Source of the DNA: Nitrospirota bacterium
Lineage (GTDB): Bacteria > Nitrospirota > UBA9217
Assembly (NCBI GenBank): GCA_963737155.1
Contig: CAVTRN010000002.1
Location: forward strand, 960,001 to 1,024,000
Direction: 5' to 3'
Length of the DNA stretch: 64,000 nucleotides
Under the pieces are notes generated by a model. The model had not been told where the DNA came from. It searched no databases and saw nothing but the letters and a program-made list of their open reading frames with translations. Positions within the stretch are counted from its first letter, which is position 1, and each line of letters begins with the position of its first letter. Below are positions 50,458 through 61,479 of the stretch, one piece after another. Both the position numbers and the translations under genes were made by a program.

Positions 50458-51831
50458 ATGCAGGAGGCAAAAGGATTAGGAAAGGCACCTGAAGTCCTGG
50501 GATTTAAAAGTATCTCTCATGCCTTTTCCAGCGAGGGTTTTACAGCGACGAATGAATACCAGGAGCTGAAAACGGCTATCCAGAACAAGCTTCTGGACGT
50601 TATCGACCTTAAGCTTCTGGAAACTATAGAAACGGGTCAGCTTAGGAAGGAAATCAGAAGGCTCGCCGAACGCGTGCTCTCTGAAGTAAAGAGTACAGTG
50701 CCTCTTAATTTCCAGGAGCGCGAAAAGCTCCTGAAGGACATCGAGGATGAGGTAATGGGGCTTGGGCCCATCGAACCATTCATGCGCGACCCTTCCGTAT
50801 CGGATATCCTCGTTAATACGTACCGGCAGCTCTATGTCGAGAGGCATGGAAAGCTCGAGAAGACCGAAGCTCGGTTTAAGGACGACGCACACCTGAGAAG
50901 GATCATAGACAAGATCGTTTCTGCTGTGGGACGGCGGATCGACGAATCGAGTCCCATGGTGGACGCACGCCTCGCCGATGGTTCACGGGTGAATGCCATC
51001 ATAAAACCCTTGGCAATCGACGGGCCGATGCTGTCGATAAGGCGCTTTTCTGTGGATCCGCTCGAAGTCGAAGACCTCATTGGCCTGAGGACCTTGACCC
51101 CCGAGCTTGGGGTCCTCCTCAAAGGCATTGTTAGGGCCCGTCTCAACGTAATGATATCTGGTGGCACCGGATCGGGAAAGACGACACTCCTAAATGTTCT
51201 TTCCCGGTTCATACCGCCAGACGAACGGATCATCACCATCGAAGACTCTGCAGAACTGCAGCTGAAACAGGAGCACGTCGTGCGCCTTGAAACGAGGCCC
51301 GAGAACATAGAGGGCCGGGGAGAGGTCACAGCGCGAGACCTTGTAAGAAACAGCCTACGGATGCGTCCGGACAGGATCATCGTGGGCGAAGTTCGCAGCA
51401 AAGAGGCCGTGGACATGCTGCAAGCCATGAACACCGGCCACGACGGCTCCCTTACCACCATTCACGCTAATAGCCCACGTGACGCTCTTATGCGTCTTGA
51501 AACGATCGTGTCCATGGCAGGGCTGAACATTCCGAACGAGGCAACGCGGAAATACATTAGTTCAGCCATCCACGTGCTGATCCAGTTGGCGCGTCTTGTC
51601 GATGGGACAAGAAAGGTTGTGAGCGTTCACGAAATCGTGGGAATGGAGGGCGACGTGGTGACGATGCAGGAGATATTCTCCTTCAAGCAGACCGGCATTG
51701 ACGACAAAGGAAATGTAAAGGGAGTGTTCGTCACAGAAGGAATAATGCCCAAGTTCATTGAAAAGTTCAAAGTCATGAACATCCCCGTGCCTTACGAGCT
51801 TTTTAATGAAAATAGCACGATGAAAATCTGA
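50458..51831 (+). CDS. cpaF: Tad assembly ATPase CpaF/TadA
   Basis: [45 protein letters not shown]. Confidence 0.97.
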   Translation: MQEAKGLGKAPEVLGFKSISHAFSSEGFTATNEYQELKTAIQNKLLDVIDLKLLETIETGQLRKEIRRLAERVLSEVKSTVPLNFQEREKLLKDIEDEVMGLGPIEPFMRDPSVSDILVNTYRQLYVERHGKLEKTEARFKDDAHLRRIIDKIVSAVGRRIDESSPMVDARLADGSRVNAIIKPLAIDGPMLSIRRFSVDPLEVEDLIGLRTLTPELGVLLKGIVRARLNVMISGGTGSGKTTLLNVLSRFIPPDERIITIEDSAELQLKQEHVVRLETRPENIEGRGEVTARDLVRNSLRMRPDRIIVGEVRSKEAVDMLQAMNTGHDGSLTTIHANSPRDALMRLETIVSMAGLNIPNEATRKYISSAIHVLIQLARLVDGTRKVVSVHEIVGMEGDVVTMQEIFSFKQTGIDDKGNVKGVFVTEGIMPKFIEKFKVMNIPVPYELFNENSTMKI

Positions 51832-51846
51832 GGGAGGGCTGGTGAG

Positions 51847-52809
51847 ATGGAAATATTGATTGGACTGGGAGTTTTTGTTTTGACCCTGCTTTTGATTCAC
51901 CAGGGGTATACCTTCTTATACAAGCCTGAGCAGAGGAAAGTCCAGAGCCGGCTGAAAGATCTCTCCGCATCCAACGACGGAATCGAGGCTGAGAATGTAA
52001 ATATCGTGAAGTCAAAGATCTTGAGCGAAATTCCTTGGCTGAACGATGTGCTCCTTAAAGCAGCGTTTCTTCCCCGGGTCGAGCGCTTTCTCAGCGAGGT
52101 CGGTACGACCCGTCCTCTCGGATTTTTCGTGATTCTTTCGGTGCTGCTTTTCTTTGCCGGGCTACTTCTGGGGTCGGTCATGCAAATCAGCTTTTTTACC
52201 AGGGCGATCCCATCTCTTTTCCTGGCAACGACCCCATTTTTCTATCTTATTCGTAAGAGAAAGAAAAGGATGGAAAAATTCGAAAGACAGCTTCCTGATG
52301 CCCTCGAACTCGTAGCCCGGTCGTTGAAAGCTGGCCATGCCTTTGCCGGAGGATTACAATTGGTGGCAGAAGAGTTCGGGGATCCGATGGGCGTCGAATT
52401 TGGAAAGACCCTTGATGAGATTAATTTCGGGGTGGCTGTACCAGATGCTCTTATGAATTTAACTCAACGGGTAGACTGCGAAGACCTGCGATTCTTCGTC
52501 GTCGCCGTAATCGTACAGAGAGAGACGGGAGGCAACCTAGCCGAAATCCTCGAGAGTCTGGGTCGCCTTATAAGGGATCGCTTCAAATTCCAGGGCCACG
52601 TTCGGGTTCTTACTGCAGAAGGCAGAATGTCGGCGATGTTACTTATCGCTATGCCCTTTTTTGTGGTCGGAGTTCTTTATCTCTTTAATCGTCCATATAT
52701 AAGCGTTCTCTTCTCCGACCCTTTAGGGACGATAGTTATTTTAATAGCCCTCACCTTGATGGGCTTAGGTGCCATAGTGATCAAAAAGGTGGTCTCCCTA
52801 AGGGCATAA
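51847..52809 (+). CDS. tadB: TadB inner-membrane platform protein
   Basis: QLPDALELVARSLKAGH, QRETGGNLAEIL, LTAEGRMS. Confidence 0.95.
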   Translation: MEILIGLGVFVLTLLLIHQGYTFLYKPEQRKVQSRLKDLSASNDGIEAENVNIVKSKILSEIPWLNDVLLKAAFLPRVERFLSEVGTTRPLGFFVILSVLLFFAGLLLGSVMQISFFTRAIPSLFLATTPFFYLIRKRKKRMEKFERQLPDALELVARSLKAGHAFAGGLQLVAEEFGDPMGVEFGKTLDEINFGVAVPDALMNLTQRVDCEDLRFFVVAVIVQRETGGNLAEILESLGRLIRDRFKFQGHVRVLTAEGRMSAMLLIAMPFFVVGVLYLFNRPYISVLFSDPLGTIVILIALTLMGLGAIVIKKVVSLRA

Positions 52810-52832
52810 GGAATTAAGGAGGGGTGTAACTA

Positions 52833-53783
52833 ATGGATAGTAGTTTATTGATAGCAGGCTTGACATTTGTTTTGGTCGTACTTCTGATCTCTATTGCGTA
52901 CTTTTACTCGGATCTGTATAAGAAAAAAACAGGCATTAGGGATAGGCTCCGGAAAGAGAGCGAGACTGAAAAGAACGAAGGTGTTGCGAAAGGCCAGGGA
53001 TGGAGAGAATTTTTTCAGAGCACGCTCAGCAGTTTTGGTGAATCCTTTCGACCGAAAAGTGAAGATGATATATCACGGATCAGAAAACGGCTTATGAGGG
53101 CGGGATATTATGGGAATAATGATCCAATAATCTTTTACGGTTCAAAAGTCTTCATGGCCCTTCTTCTATTCGCTCTCTTTGTGATCATAAAATTCACGGT
53201 TTTGAAGGCCCTGACGGCCCAGCAATTCCTGATACTCGTGATTTTTTTAACCGTTGCCGGATTTTTTTCACCCGATCTGTATCTTCACCGGAAAACACAG
53301 GACAGAAAAAGAAATGTTTTCGAAGGAATTCCCGATGCCTTGGATCTTATGGTTATATGCGTTGAGGCCGGCATGGGACTAGATTCGGCCATTAAGAGGG
53401 TGGGAGATGAAATGGTTCTGAAAAACAAGATCCTGAGCGATGAGTTCCGGATGCTGAGTCTTGAACTCCGGGCAGGAATACCGAGGGCTAATGCACTGAG
53501 AAATATCGCCATGAGGACGGACCTGGAAGACGTGTCGAGCCTCGTGACTCTTCTCATCCAGACCGACCGGTTCGGCACCAGGGTGGCGCAGGCTCTGAGG
53601 GTTCATTCCGATTCGATGAGGACCAAGAGGTACGCGAGGGCAGAGGAGATGGCCGCCAAAATGCCTGTTAAGATTCTTTTCCCTCTGGTACTCTTCATCC
53701 TTCCTGCTCTCCTTTTGACTTTACTTGGGCCGGCCTTTATAGCATTTTATCGAGCAATAAAAAATGGAGGGTTTGGATTCTAA
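52833..53783 (+). CDS. tadC: TadC inner-membrane platform protein
   Basis: PDALDLMVICVEAGMGL, AEEMAAKMPVKILFPL. Confidence 0.95.
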   Translation: MDSSLLIAGLTFVLVVLLISIAYFYSDLYKKKTGIRDRLRKESETEKNEGVAKGQGWREFFQSTLSSFGESFRPKSEDDISRIRKRLMRAGYYGNNDPIIFYGSKVFMALLLFALFVIIKFTVLKALTAQQFLILVIFLTVAGFFSPDLYLHRKTQDRKRNVFEGIPDALDLMVICVEAGMGLDSAIKRVGDEMVLKNKILSDEFRMLSLELRAGIPRANALRNIAMRTDLEDVSSLVTLLIQTDRFGTRVAQALRVHSDSMRTKRYARAEEMAAKMPVKILFPLVLFILPALLLTLLGPAFIAFYRAIKNGGFGF

Positions 53784-54721
53784 TGATTGAAAAAACGACA
53801 AAAGGAATCCTTTTCGCTTGCGTGATTGCAGGAGTTTTGCTATCCGGATGTGCAACGAATAATACCGGGGCCCTCTCAAACGCTGGGAAATACGGAAATC
53901 TTGAGGCGCGCAGGCTGTTGACCACTGATGGTAAAAAGGTTGATGATGAGCCCATAAACAACACGGCCGAGGGTTACGAGCGACTCGGAGATATTAACCT
54001 TCAAAAGGGTGATATCACGACTGCCTTCATAAACTACACAAAGGCGCTCAAGTTGGAGCCTGGAAGGATCTCAGCCACTTATAAGACAGGAATGCTCTTT
54101 TTATATAAGGGCATGACGCAGGAAGCCCGGACGGAATTCGAGAAGATATTGAAGAAGGATCCGAAGAACGCTCTCGCTCATGAGGCGATGGGAAGGGTCT
54201 ATCTTCTCGACAGCGACAATGTAAAGGCTATTGAATATTTTGTGAAGGCCCTGAGTATAAATGATCGTCTATGGGAGGGTCATGATCTGCTCGGCATCGC
54301 TTATGATAGGCAGAGAGAATTCAACTTGGCAATTGACCAATACAAAGCGGCGCTTTCCATAAAGCCCGATGCAATCGCCGTTTACAACAACCTTGGAATT
54401 TCATATTACCTGGCGGGAGACTACAAGAAGGCAAAAGACGCATTTATCACCGCGATAAAGAAAGGCGAGGAGGAAAGCAAGGTCTACAACAACCTTGCTC
54501 TGACTCTGGGTAAACTGGGTGAATATCGTCAAGCTCGCGAGGCCTTTGAGAGGGCTGGAAGCGAGGCGACGGCGCTAAATAACCTCGGGTATCTTTATAT
54601 GCTTGACGGGAATAACAATGAAGCGGCTCTTGCCTTTGAAAAGGCCATCGAGTTGAACCCGGTCTTTTATGATAAGGCCAACGATAACTTGAAGAGGGCG
54701 AAAGAAGCCTTGCATGAATGA
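53783..54721 (+). CDS. tadD: TPR lipoprotein, TadD-like
   Basis: Lipobox LLSGC; multiple TPRs (YNNLG repeats); last gene of the tad operon. Confidence 0.82.
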   Translation: MIEKTTKGILFACVIAGVLLSGCATNNTGALSNAGKYGNLEARRLLTTDGKKVDDEPINNTAEGYERLGDINLQKGDITTAFINYTKALKLEPGRISATYKTGMLFLYKGMTQEARTEFEKILKKDPKNALAHEAMGRVYLLDSDNVKAIEYFVKALSINDRLWEGHDLLGIAYDRQREFNLAIDQYKAALSIKPDAIAVYNNLGISYYLAGDYKKAKDAFITAIKKGEEESKVYNNLALTLGKLGEYRQAREAFERAGSEATALNNLGYLYMLDGNNNEAALAFEKAIELNPVFYDKANDNLKRAKEALHE

Positions 54722-55114
54722 GAAGAAATGAGTGTGTTGTCTTCCGGATTAATCCGGTCTCATCCAACTCTTTGAACCAGCCCCTTTTACTTTTGTCTGG
54801 CCCCATCAAAGAGGGAGAAAAAGCATTATTATAATACCTGCAATGGGACGTGATGAGCTTGGAGCAAATTAGTATTTGAGGCCTTTTACACAAAAAAAGT
54901 ATAATAAAATTGACGGGCGATTCGCAGCAGTACCTATTGCCGATGATTTGATTATTTATACATTTTATTAATATAATTTATAGCATAATTTGATCTTTCT
55001 CGATTCACGCGCAATACCGTACGGTGAGAAAGTTTGATAATGACATCAACAAGCACATTTATAAACTTGGATAAATCGGAATGATAGAAACTTAATCTAT
55101 CGAGGAGAAAAATT

Positions 55115-57772
55115 ATGAAAACATCGATAAGAATATCTTTGGTTGTTTTAATGTTGGCGGCTACACTGTTTGCCTGCTCCGGTGGCGGGGGGGGCGGTGG
55201 TACGGACCCAAACTCCACATATACCGTAACCTATAACGGCAACAACAGTACCGGCGGCATTGTTCCTTTTGATTCAACTAACTACGCGCAGGGACAAACT
55301 GCCACGGTGCTTGAGAATACAGGCAACCTTGTAAATACAGGATATTCCTTCGTGGGCTGGAACACGCAGGCTAACGGGACCGGTACTACTTATACACCGG
55401 GTCAGACATTCCCGATTGGGACGGCCAATGTTACTCTGTATGCGATGTGGACCACAAACCCCACGTACACTGTAACCTATAACGGTAACGGTAATACCGG
55501 CGGCATAGCACCTGTAGTTGCAACCAATTACGAGCAGGGGCAGACCGTTTCAGTAGTCGGCAATACCGGCAATCTCGTGAATACCAATTATACCTTTGCG
55601 GGTTGGAACACGCTGTCTAACGGAACCGGAACGAATTATACCGCAGGCCAGACATTCCTGATGGGGACAGCAAACGTTATCCTGTACGCAAAATGGACCG
55701 CAAATCCCACATATACCGTAACGTATTATGGAAACGGAAGTACCAGTGGCATAGTCCCAGTTGATTCAACAAATTACGAGGAGGGCCAGACCGTTACGGT
55801 ACTCGGTAATACCGGCAATCTCGTGAATACCAACTATACCTTCGAGGGCTGGAACACGATGTCCAACGGAACCGGAACGACCTATACGCAGGGGCAGACA
55901 TTCACGATGGGGACGGCAAATGTTAACCTGTACGCAATGTGGACCGCAAATACCACATATACCGTCACGTATAACGGCAACGGCAATACCGGTGGCATAG
56001 TCCCCGTTGATTCAACCAATTATGAGGTGGGCCAGACCGTTACGGTACTCGGCAATCCCGGCAACCTCTCGAAGACCAACTATGCCTTCGAGGGCTGGAA
56101 CACTATGTCTAACGGAGCCGGAACGACCTATACGCAAGGGCAGGCTTTCACGATGGGAACGGCAAATGTTACCCTATATGCAACGTGGAATGCTACCCCA
56201 CCATCGCCTACCAATGTGCAGGCCACAGCAGGGAATGCGCAGGTGACCGTGAGCTGGGTGGCCTCAGCTGGTGTGATGTCGTATGATGTCTTCTATTCGA
56301 CGTCTTCTGCTGTATCTACAACAAGTTATGCGGATTTGATCACAACAACAACGACTTCTGCCATTGCTTCAGGGCTGACTAACGGTACGACATATTACTT
56401 TATTGTAACCGCCATTAACGGCACGGTTTCGAGTGCGGCGTCCAGTCCAACAGTATCAGCGACACCGTCGGCACCTGTTTCTTATGCTAACCTATGGACC
56501 TGGATGAGCGGAACCAACACCATAAACCAATTCGGCAACTATGGTACAAAGGGCACGGCTGCCCCAACTAATTTGCCTGGCGCGCGGTATTATGCCTCTT
56601 CCTGGATAGACAGCAGTGGCAACTTCTGGCTTTTCGGCGGCTATGGGTATGATGCGGGGGGATTGTTAAGTACACTCAACGATCTCTGGAAGTTCGATGG
56701 AACGAACTGGACTTGGGTGAGCGGAGCTAACTTCGGAAACAACTCTGGCATCTATGGCTCATTTGCCACGGCTGCCCCAACCAATATGCCGGGCGCGCGC
56801 TATGGTGCTGTTTCCTGGATAGACAGCAGTGGCAACCTCTGGCTTTTTGGCGGCCTTGGTTATGATGCTGGCGGAAACCATGGTCAACTCAACGATCTCT
56901 GGAAGTTCGACGGAACGAACTGGACCTGGGAGAGCGGATACGATGTTTATAATTCAAGTGGTAGTTGTGGAACAGAGGGCACAGCTGCTGGTAATAATAT
57001 TCCGGGTGCGCGCTATGGTGCTGTTTCCTGGATAGACAGCGGTGGCAACCTCTGGCTTCTTGGAGGCAAAGGTTTTGATTGTTATGATGACATTGGGTAT
57101 CTCAATGATCTCTGGAGGTACGACGGAACCGACTGGACGTGGGTGAGCGGGGCCTCCTACATAGGCCAATATGGAGTCTATGGTACAATGGGCACGGCTG
57201 CCGGAACCAATATTCCGGGTGCAAGAGCAGGTGACGTTTCCTGGATAGACAGTAGTGGTAACTTCTGGCTCTTCGGCGGCTATGGGGTAGATTTCGGGGG
57301 CGTGTATGGGGATCTCAACGATCTCTGGAAATTCGACGGCAAGATGTGGACCTGGATGACTGGAACCACCACCACAGACCAGGTAGGCAACTACGGCACG
57401 ATGGGTACGGCTGCCACAACCAATATTCCGGGTGCACGCGATTCAGCCACTACCTGGATAGACAGCAGTGGCAACCTCTGGCTCTTTGGTGGTGAAGGAA
57501 CAGTATATGCCACAGGCGATTTGTTTGGTCTCAGCGATCTCTGGAAGTTTGACGGAACCAACTGGACCTGGGTGAGCGGAGCTGACACCACAAATCAATT
57601 AGGCACTTACGGGAAAAAGGGCACGCCTGCCATAACCAATGTCCCGGGCGCACGTTTTGGTGCCGCTCCCTGGATAGACAGTAGTGGCAATCTCTGGCTC
57701 TTCGGCGGCTATGGCTATGATTACATACACGGACCCGGGCAGCTCAATGATCTCTGGCGGTATGAGCCGTAA
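55115..57772 (+). CDS. Surface lipoprotein: 4 InlB B-type repeats + FN3 + 6 Kelch-like blades
   Basis: Lipobox LFAC and Gly linker; four 82-aa TYTVTY..F.GWNT..LYA.W repeats (246-bp period from 55217); FN3 PTNVQAT..GLTNGTTYYFIVTA; six WTW..GAR..WIDSSGN.WLFGG..LNDLW units. Confidence 0.9.
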   Translation: MKTSIRISLVVLMLAATLFACSGGGGGGGTDPNSTYTVTYNGNNSTGGIVPFDSTNYAQGQTATVLENTGNLVNTGYSFVGWNTQANGTGTTYTPGQTFPIGTANVTLYAMWTTNPTYTVTYNGNGNTGGIAPVVATNYEQGQTVSVVGNTGNLVNTNYTFAGWNTLSNGTGTNYTAGQTFLMGTANVILYAKWTANPTYTVTYYGNGSTSGIVPVDSTNYEEGQTVTVLGNTGNLVNTNYTFEGWNTMSNGTGTTYTQGQTFTMGTANVNLYAMWTANTTYTVTYNGNGNTGGIVPVDSTNYEVGQTVTVLGNPGNLSKTNYAFEGWNTMSNGAGTTYTQGQAFTMGTANVTLYATWNATPPSPTNVQATAGNAQVTVSWVASAGVMSYDVFYSTSSAVSTTSYADLITTTTTSAIASGLTNGTTYYFIVTAINGTVSSAASSPTVSATPSAPVSYANLWTWMSGTNTINQFGNYGTKGTAAPTNLPGARYYASSWIDSSGNFWLFGGYGYDAGGLLSTLNDLWKFDGTNWTWVSGANFGNNSGIYGSFATAAPTNMPGARYGAVSWIDSSGNLWLFGGLGYDAGGNHGQLNDLWKFDGTNWTWESGYDVYNSSGSCGTEGTAAGNNIPGARYGAVSWIDSGGNLWLLGGKGFDCYDDIGYLNDLWRYDGTDWTWVSGASYIGQYGVYGTMGTAAGTNIPGARAGDVSWIDSSGNFWLFGGYGVDFGGVYGDLNDLWKFDGKMWTWMTGTTTTDQVGNYGTMGTAATTNIPGARDSATTWIDSSGNLWLFGGEGTVYATGDLFGLSDLWKFDGTNWTWVSGADTTNQLGTYGKKGTPAITNVPGARFGAAPWIDSSGNLWLFGGYGYDYIHGPGQLNDLWRYEP

Positions 57773-57849
57773 GAATCGTTGAATATGCTTAAACCCAACA
57801 TGCTCTGAAGAATCAAGAGAGGATTATTTACATACAACAATGCATCGTG

Positions 57850-58303
57850 ATGGGCGGGTGAAAGCATCATCGGTTGTGGTAAAGCTAAGAACGCAACCGA
57901 TGATTTCACATGACCGATGTCGTGAGCATGAGTTTGGACGGCAGCTCCTAAATGGGCGATAGCAATGCATTTTAAGGTTAATAATGTTCATCAGGCGTGA
58001 AGCGATTGACCCCCCAGGTCTGGAACTCTGGTAAATGATGTCGGAGCCGGAATTGTGGTAAAAAGTTCGCAATCAACTTGGTTGTGGCCGCGAGTCCTAA
58101 TGAGGTCAAGAACAGGGGACCGATCACACAGTTAGATTATGCGGTCATAAATGATCCGGTGAATCTGGGCTTGCGCTTTGAATGCATGAACAAGGAATAT
58201 AACTCACCTGTAAGGATGTGAAGACCAAATTCATCTTCAGACAATTGGACTGCATCAGGGTGAAAGATAAAAAGACATAAATCAATATGTATGATCTTAT
58301 GGA
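57850..58303 (+). pseudogene. Decayed class III adenylate/guanylate cyclase
   Basis: DYAVINDPVNLGLRFECMNKEY (58135) and, in another frame, FIFRQLDCIRVKDKKT*INMYDL resemble YTVIGDxVNLASRLE and RELDxIRVKGK..IYEL; 5' limit approximate. Confidence 0.75.
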
Positions 58304-58438
58304 GCATGCTGATGCCAAACTCTATCTCCTGGAGGCAGGTATCTTCAAGGTGTATCAGAAGCTTGTTTTGCACGTAACTTGTACAAATCAGAGATGAACT
58401 TCAGATGCATGCTCTAATGGAGTTCAATTCATTAAATA

Positions 58439-59104
58439 ATGAATACGTTTGATCCATTTGCCTGGCTCGAGCAGATCGTACCTGCACAGTGGCTGCACCG
58501 GTTTATCCGCGCGGGAGCAATGGCCATCATGCTGTGGTTCATGGTCGCGCGAATCCGGCATTACGACGCTTTCGCATTCAAACCTCTGTGGCTAGCAGAA
58601 ACGGTGCTCTACGCTATTCTGGCGCTTGCATTCATGGTGCGCAGTGATCCTGTTGACCGGTCTCACGGAGCCGTTGAAATTATCATACCCTTTTTCGGGG
58701 CTGTGCTTCCCTTTGGTCTTCTTTTAACACAGCCCAACATATGGGTCATTGAGCATACGGTAATGCTGAGAGCGGTTTTTTTGTGGATGACGATCTTCAC
58801 TGCGTTCATAGCCTGGGGCATGTGGTTTTTGCGCCGCTCCTTCAGCATCACGGTAGAGGCGCGCGTACTGGTGACCGGGGGACCCTATCACTGGGTTAGG
58901 CATCCGTTATATCTGGGAGAAATCCTTGCTTCTGCTGCGGTCGTGGTGTGGCGTTGGTCAACTCTGAACGTCGGCATGTTCATTTTATTCGTGATAATAC
59001 AGTTATTTCGCTCACGCAGGGAAGAGATGAAGCTCTCCAAAACATTTTCGGCATATAGAGACCTGTTGAGCCGAAGCTGGTGGTTTTGGAGGATGCCATC
59101 GTAG
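58439..59104 (+). CDS. Isoprenylcysteine carboxylmethyltransferase/PEMT-family membrane methyltransferase
   Basis: LVTGGPYHWVRHPLYLG, RREE; several TM segments. Confidence 0.88.
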   Translation: MNTFDPFAWLEQIVPAQWLHRFIRAGAMAIMLWFMVARIRHYDAFAFKPLWLAETVLYAILALAFMVRSDPVDRSHGAVEIIIPFFGAVLPFGLLLTQPNIWVIEHTVMLRAVFLWMTIFTAFIAWGMWFLRRSFSITVEARVLVTGGPYHWVRHPLYLGEILASAAVVVWRWSTLNVGMFILFVIIQLFRSRREEMKLSKTFSAYRDLLSRSWWFWRMPS

Positions 59105-59496
59105 GTTGTAGTTCGGGCCACCTGACCGAGAAAAGCCCAATCGAAACTTATAAAGGATGTTACGCCTAATAAAAGACGCGGTTGAACGGTTTATCGTTTT
59201 GTAAGTATAGTCTGCTTTCTTCGCGACGGTAGCTCTTTCTTAGTGGTTACTTTTACTCCTGTGCTGGGGAGTATGTCCGCTAAACGGACCCCGGCTACGC
59301 CCAACAATTTTCCACTCGATACCCGGTTCCGGTATCCGATTGTAGCGGACCGATCCATTCACGCAGGCCTCTACGGCACCTAACGCCAAAAGCTCATCGA
59401 GCTCTTCTTGCACCGTTACGTCCAATATGATGAATGAATAAACCTATAAACGGCAGTTGGGCCTTGCAAATCTGAGTTAACTATTGGATACTATGA

Positions 59497-61445
59497 CCCA
59501 TCTTCTACAGTTGTAGCCGAGAAAAGGGCTATTTGCGTGAGTGAAGTTGTTTGATTTCGCAGAGTTACAAAAAGTTTTTTGGAAAAAGATCAAAATGTAG
59601 TGCCACGTTTATATATAGATTGCTTGCAATTAATAATTATTATGATATATTTATGGTGCTATGTTCTTCCGGGTAAAACGCTCCGAATCGCGAGCATATC
59701 TCCAGATCGTTAATAACCGCCGCGACAAGGGCAAGGTAAAGCAGGAAGTCGTCGCCACGCTTGGACGACTCGATGCGCTCAAGGAAACAGGGGCATTGGA
59801 CAGCCTGCTGCGGTCAGGGCTCAAGTTCTCTGAACAGATCGCTGTTATCGACGCGCATAAGCAGGGCGAAGCAATTGAGACGGATTCCAGGCGTATCGGC
59901 CTTCCGATGATATTCGGCCGGTTATGGAAAGAGCTGGGAATACAGGCGGTGCTTGCGACATTGGCCAAGGAGCGCAAGCATCAATTTTCCATCGAGCGGG
60001 CGATTTATCTTACGGTGCTGCACCGCTTGAGCGTATCGGGTTCAGATCGTGCCGCTGAACAATGGTGCCTTGGCTACAGGATAGAAGGGGCCGACGGAAT
60101 CGATTTACATCATTTATACCGGGCTATGGCATGGCTCGGCGAACCCCTTGCCGATGCTGATCAGCACGGGGCCACCGGATTTTCTCCCCGCTGCACCAAG
60201 GATGTGATTGAGGAAGAGCTGTTCCGACGCAGACGGGATTTATTCACCGATCTACGGCTGGTCTTTTTCGACACCACGAGCATTTACTTTGAAGGAGAAG
60301 GCGGCGAGGATATCGGTGCATATGGCCATTCCAAGGACCACCGGCCCGATCTCAAACAGATGGTGGTCGGTGCAATCATCGATCATCACGGCAAGCCCCT
60401 TTGCTGTGAGTTATGGCCCGGCAACACAACCGATGTCAAGACGCTCGTGCCGATTATAGACCGGCTGAGGCTCCGCTTCGGCATCAATCAGGCGTGTGTA
60501 GTGGCCGACCGAGGGATGATCAGCGAAAAGACTCTGGCCGATTTGCAGGAGCGGAAGATCGATTACATTCTGGGCGCGCGGATGCGGCGGCAAAAGGAAG
60601 TGAGCGAAGAGGTTTTAAGCCGCGGGGGTAAATACGAAGAGGTATACCCCAAAAGCAAGGAGAGTAAGGCCCCTTCCCCGCTCAAGGTGAAGAACGTCAT
60701 GGTAGGCGAGCGCCGCTACATCGTGTGTGTCAATGAGGACCAGCGGAAAGAAGACGCCGCTGATAGAGAAGCCATCATCGCATCCCTTCGAGAGAAGCTG
60801 AAGCAGGGAGGCAAGAGCCTGGTTGGCAACAAAGGGTATCGTAAATATGTGAAGAGCGCAGGCAGTGCTTTTGCCATTGATGAAGAGAAAATTCAACAGG
60901 AATCACGATATGACGGTAAGTGGGTCCTCTCGACCTCGATGCCCATGCTTGCGCGCGAGGTTGCTCTCGCGTACAAGGAGCTGTGGATGGTGGAGCAGAT
61001 CTTCAGGAGCACTAAAACGGTGCTGACGACGCGGCCGATTTATCATAAATGCGATGAGACGATTCGCGGTCACGTCTTCTGCAGCTTTCTTGCGCTTGTT
61101 CTTATGAAGGAATTACAGGAGCGATTGGATAGCCGCAATGAGGAGAAGCTTGAGTGGGGCCAGATGCTCCGAGATCTTGAGGAATTGAAGCAGATCACAA
61201 TTACAAGCGACAACAAGGAAATGATTTTACGGACCGAATTAAAAGGCGATACGGGAAAGGTGTTTCAGGCTGCGGGAGTGGCGATTCCGCCAAAGGTCTT
61301 GATACCGCAGAAGGGAAAGGATGCATGACGCTCATCAGCATGATCGAATTGGAACGAGAGGGGAAAGTGTAGTGCCACGCCACCTTTCGACAGCCGTATC
61401 ATATTGTTTAAGCGAAGTTATTTTTTGGCAGGTGTAGAAGATGGG
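59497..61445 (+). mobile_element. Complete IS1634-family insertion sequence
   Basis: Perfect 13-bp terminal IRs CCCATCTTCTACA/TGTAGAAGATGGG; 5-bp TSD TATGA at 59492-59496 and 61446-61450. Confidence 0.92.
59661..61328 (+). CDS. IS1634-family DDE transposase
   Basis: FFDTTSIYFEG, GHSKDHRPDLKQ, VADRGM, YKELWMVEQIFR, IRGHVFCSFLA. Confidence 0.93.
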   Translation: MFFRVKRSESRAYLQIVNNRRDKGKVKQEVVATLGRLDALKETGALDSLLRSGLKFSEQIAVIDAHKQGEAIETDSRRIGLPMIFGRLWKELGIQAVLATLAKERKHQFSIERAIYLTVLHRLSVSGSDRAAEQWCLGYRIEGADGIDLHHLYRAMAWLGEPLADADQHGATGFSPRCTKDVIEEELFRRRRDLFTDLRLVFFDTTSIYFEGEGGEDIGAYGHSKDHRPDLKQMVVGAIIDHHGKPLCCELWPGNTTDVKTLVPIIDRLRLRFGINQACVVADRGMISEKTLADLQERKIDYILGARMRRQKEVSEEVLSRGGKYEEVYPKSKESKAPSPLKVKNVMVGERRYIVCVNEDQRKEDAADREAIIASLREKLKQGGKSLVGNKGYRKYVKSAGSAFAIDEEKIQQESRYDGKWVLSTSMPMLAREVALAYKELWMVEQIFRSTKTVLTTRPIYHKCDETIRGHVFCSFLALVLMKELQERLDSRNEEKLEWGQMLRDLEELKQITITSDNKEMILRTELKGDTGKVFQAAGVAIPPKVLIPQKGKDA

Positions 61446-61479
61446 TATGATACTTCTTTCAACAAGGAGGTCTCACCCA

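Noticed and set aside
54722-55114. Possible transposase fragment after tadD
   Set aside because: Similarity too weak to call by eye
55217-57772. CRISPR array or DGR template/variable repeats
   Set aside because: Repeats are in-frame protein domains with 246-bp and ~210-bp periods; no spacers, cas genes or reverse transcriptase in the window
59240-59425. 61-aa minus-strand ORF next to the IS1380 end
   Set aside because: No recognisable motif; may be a truncated gene but cannot be supported
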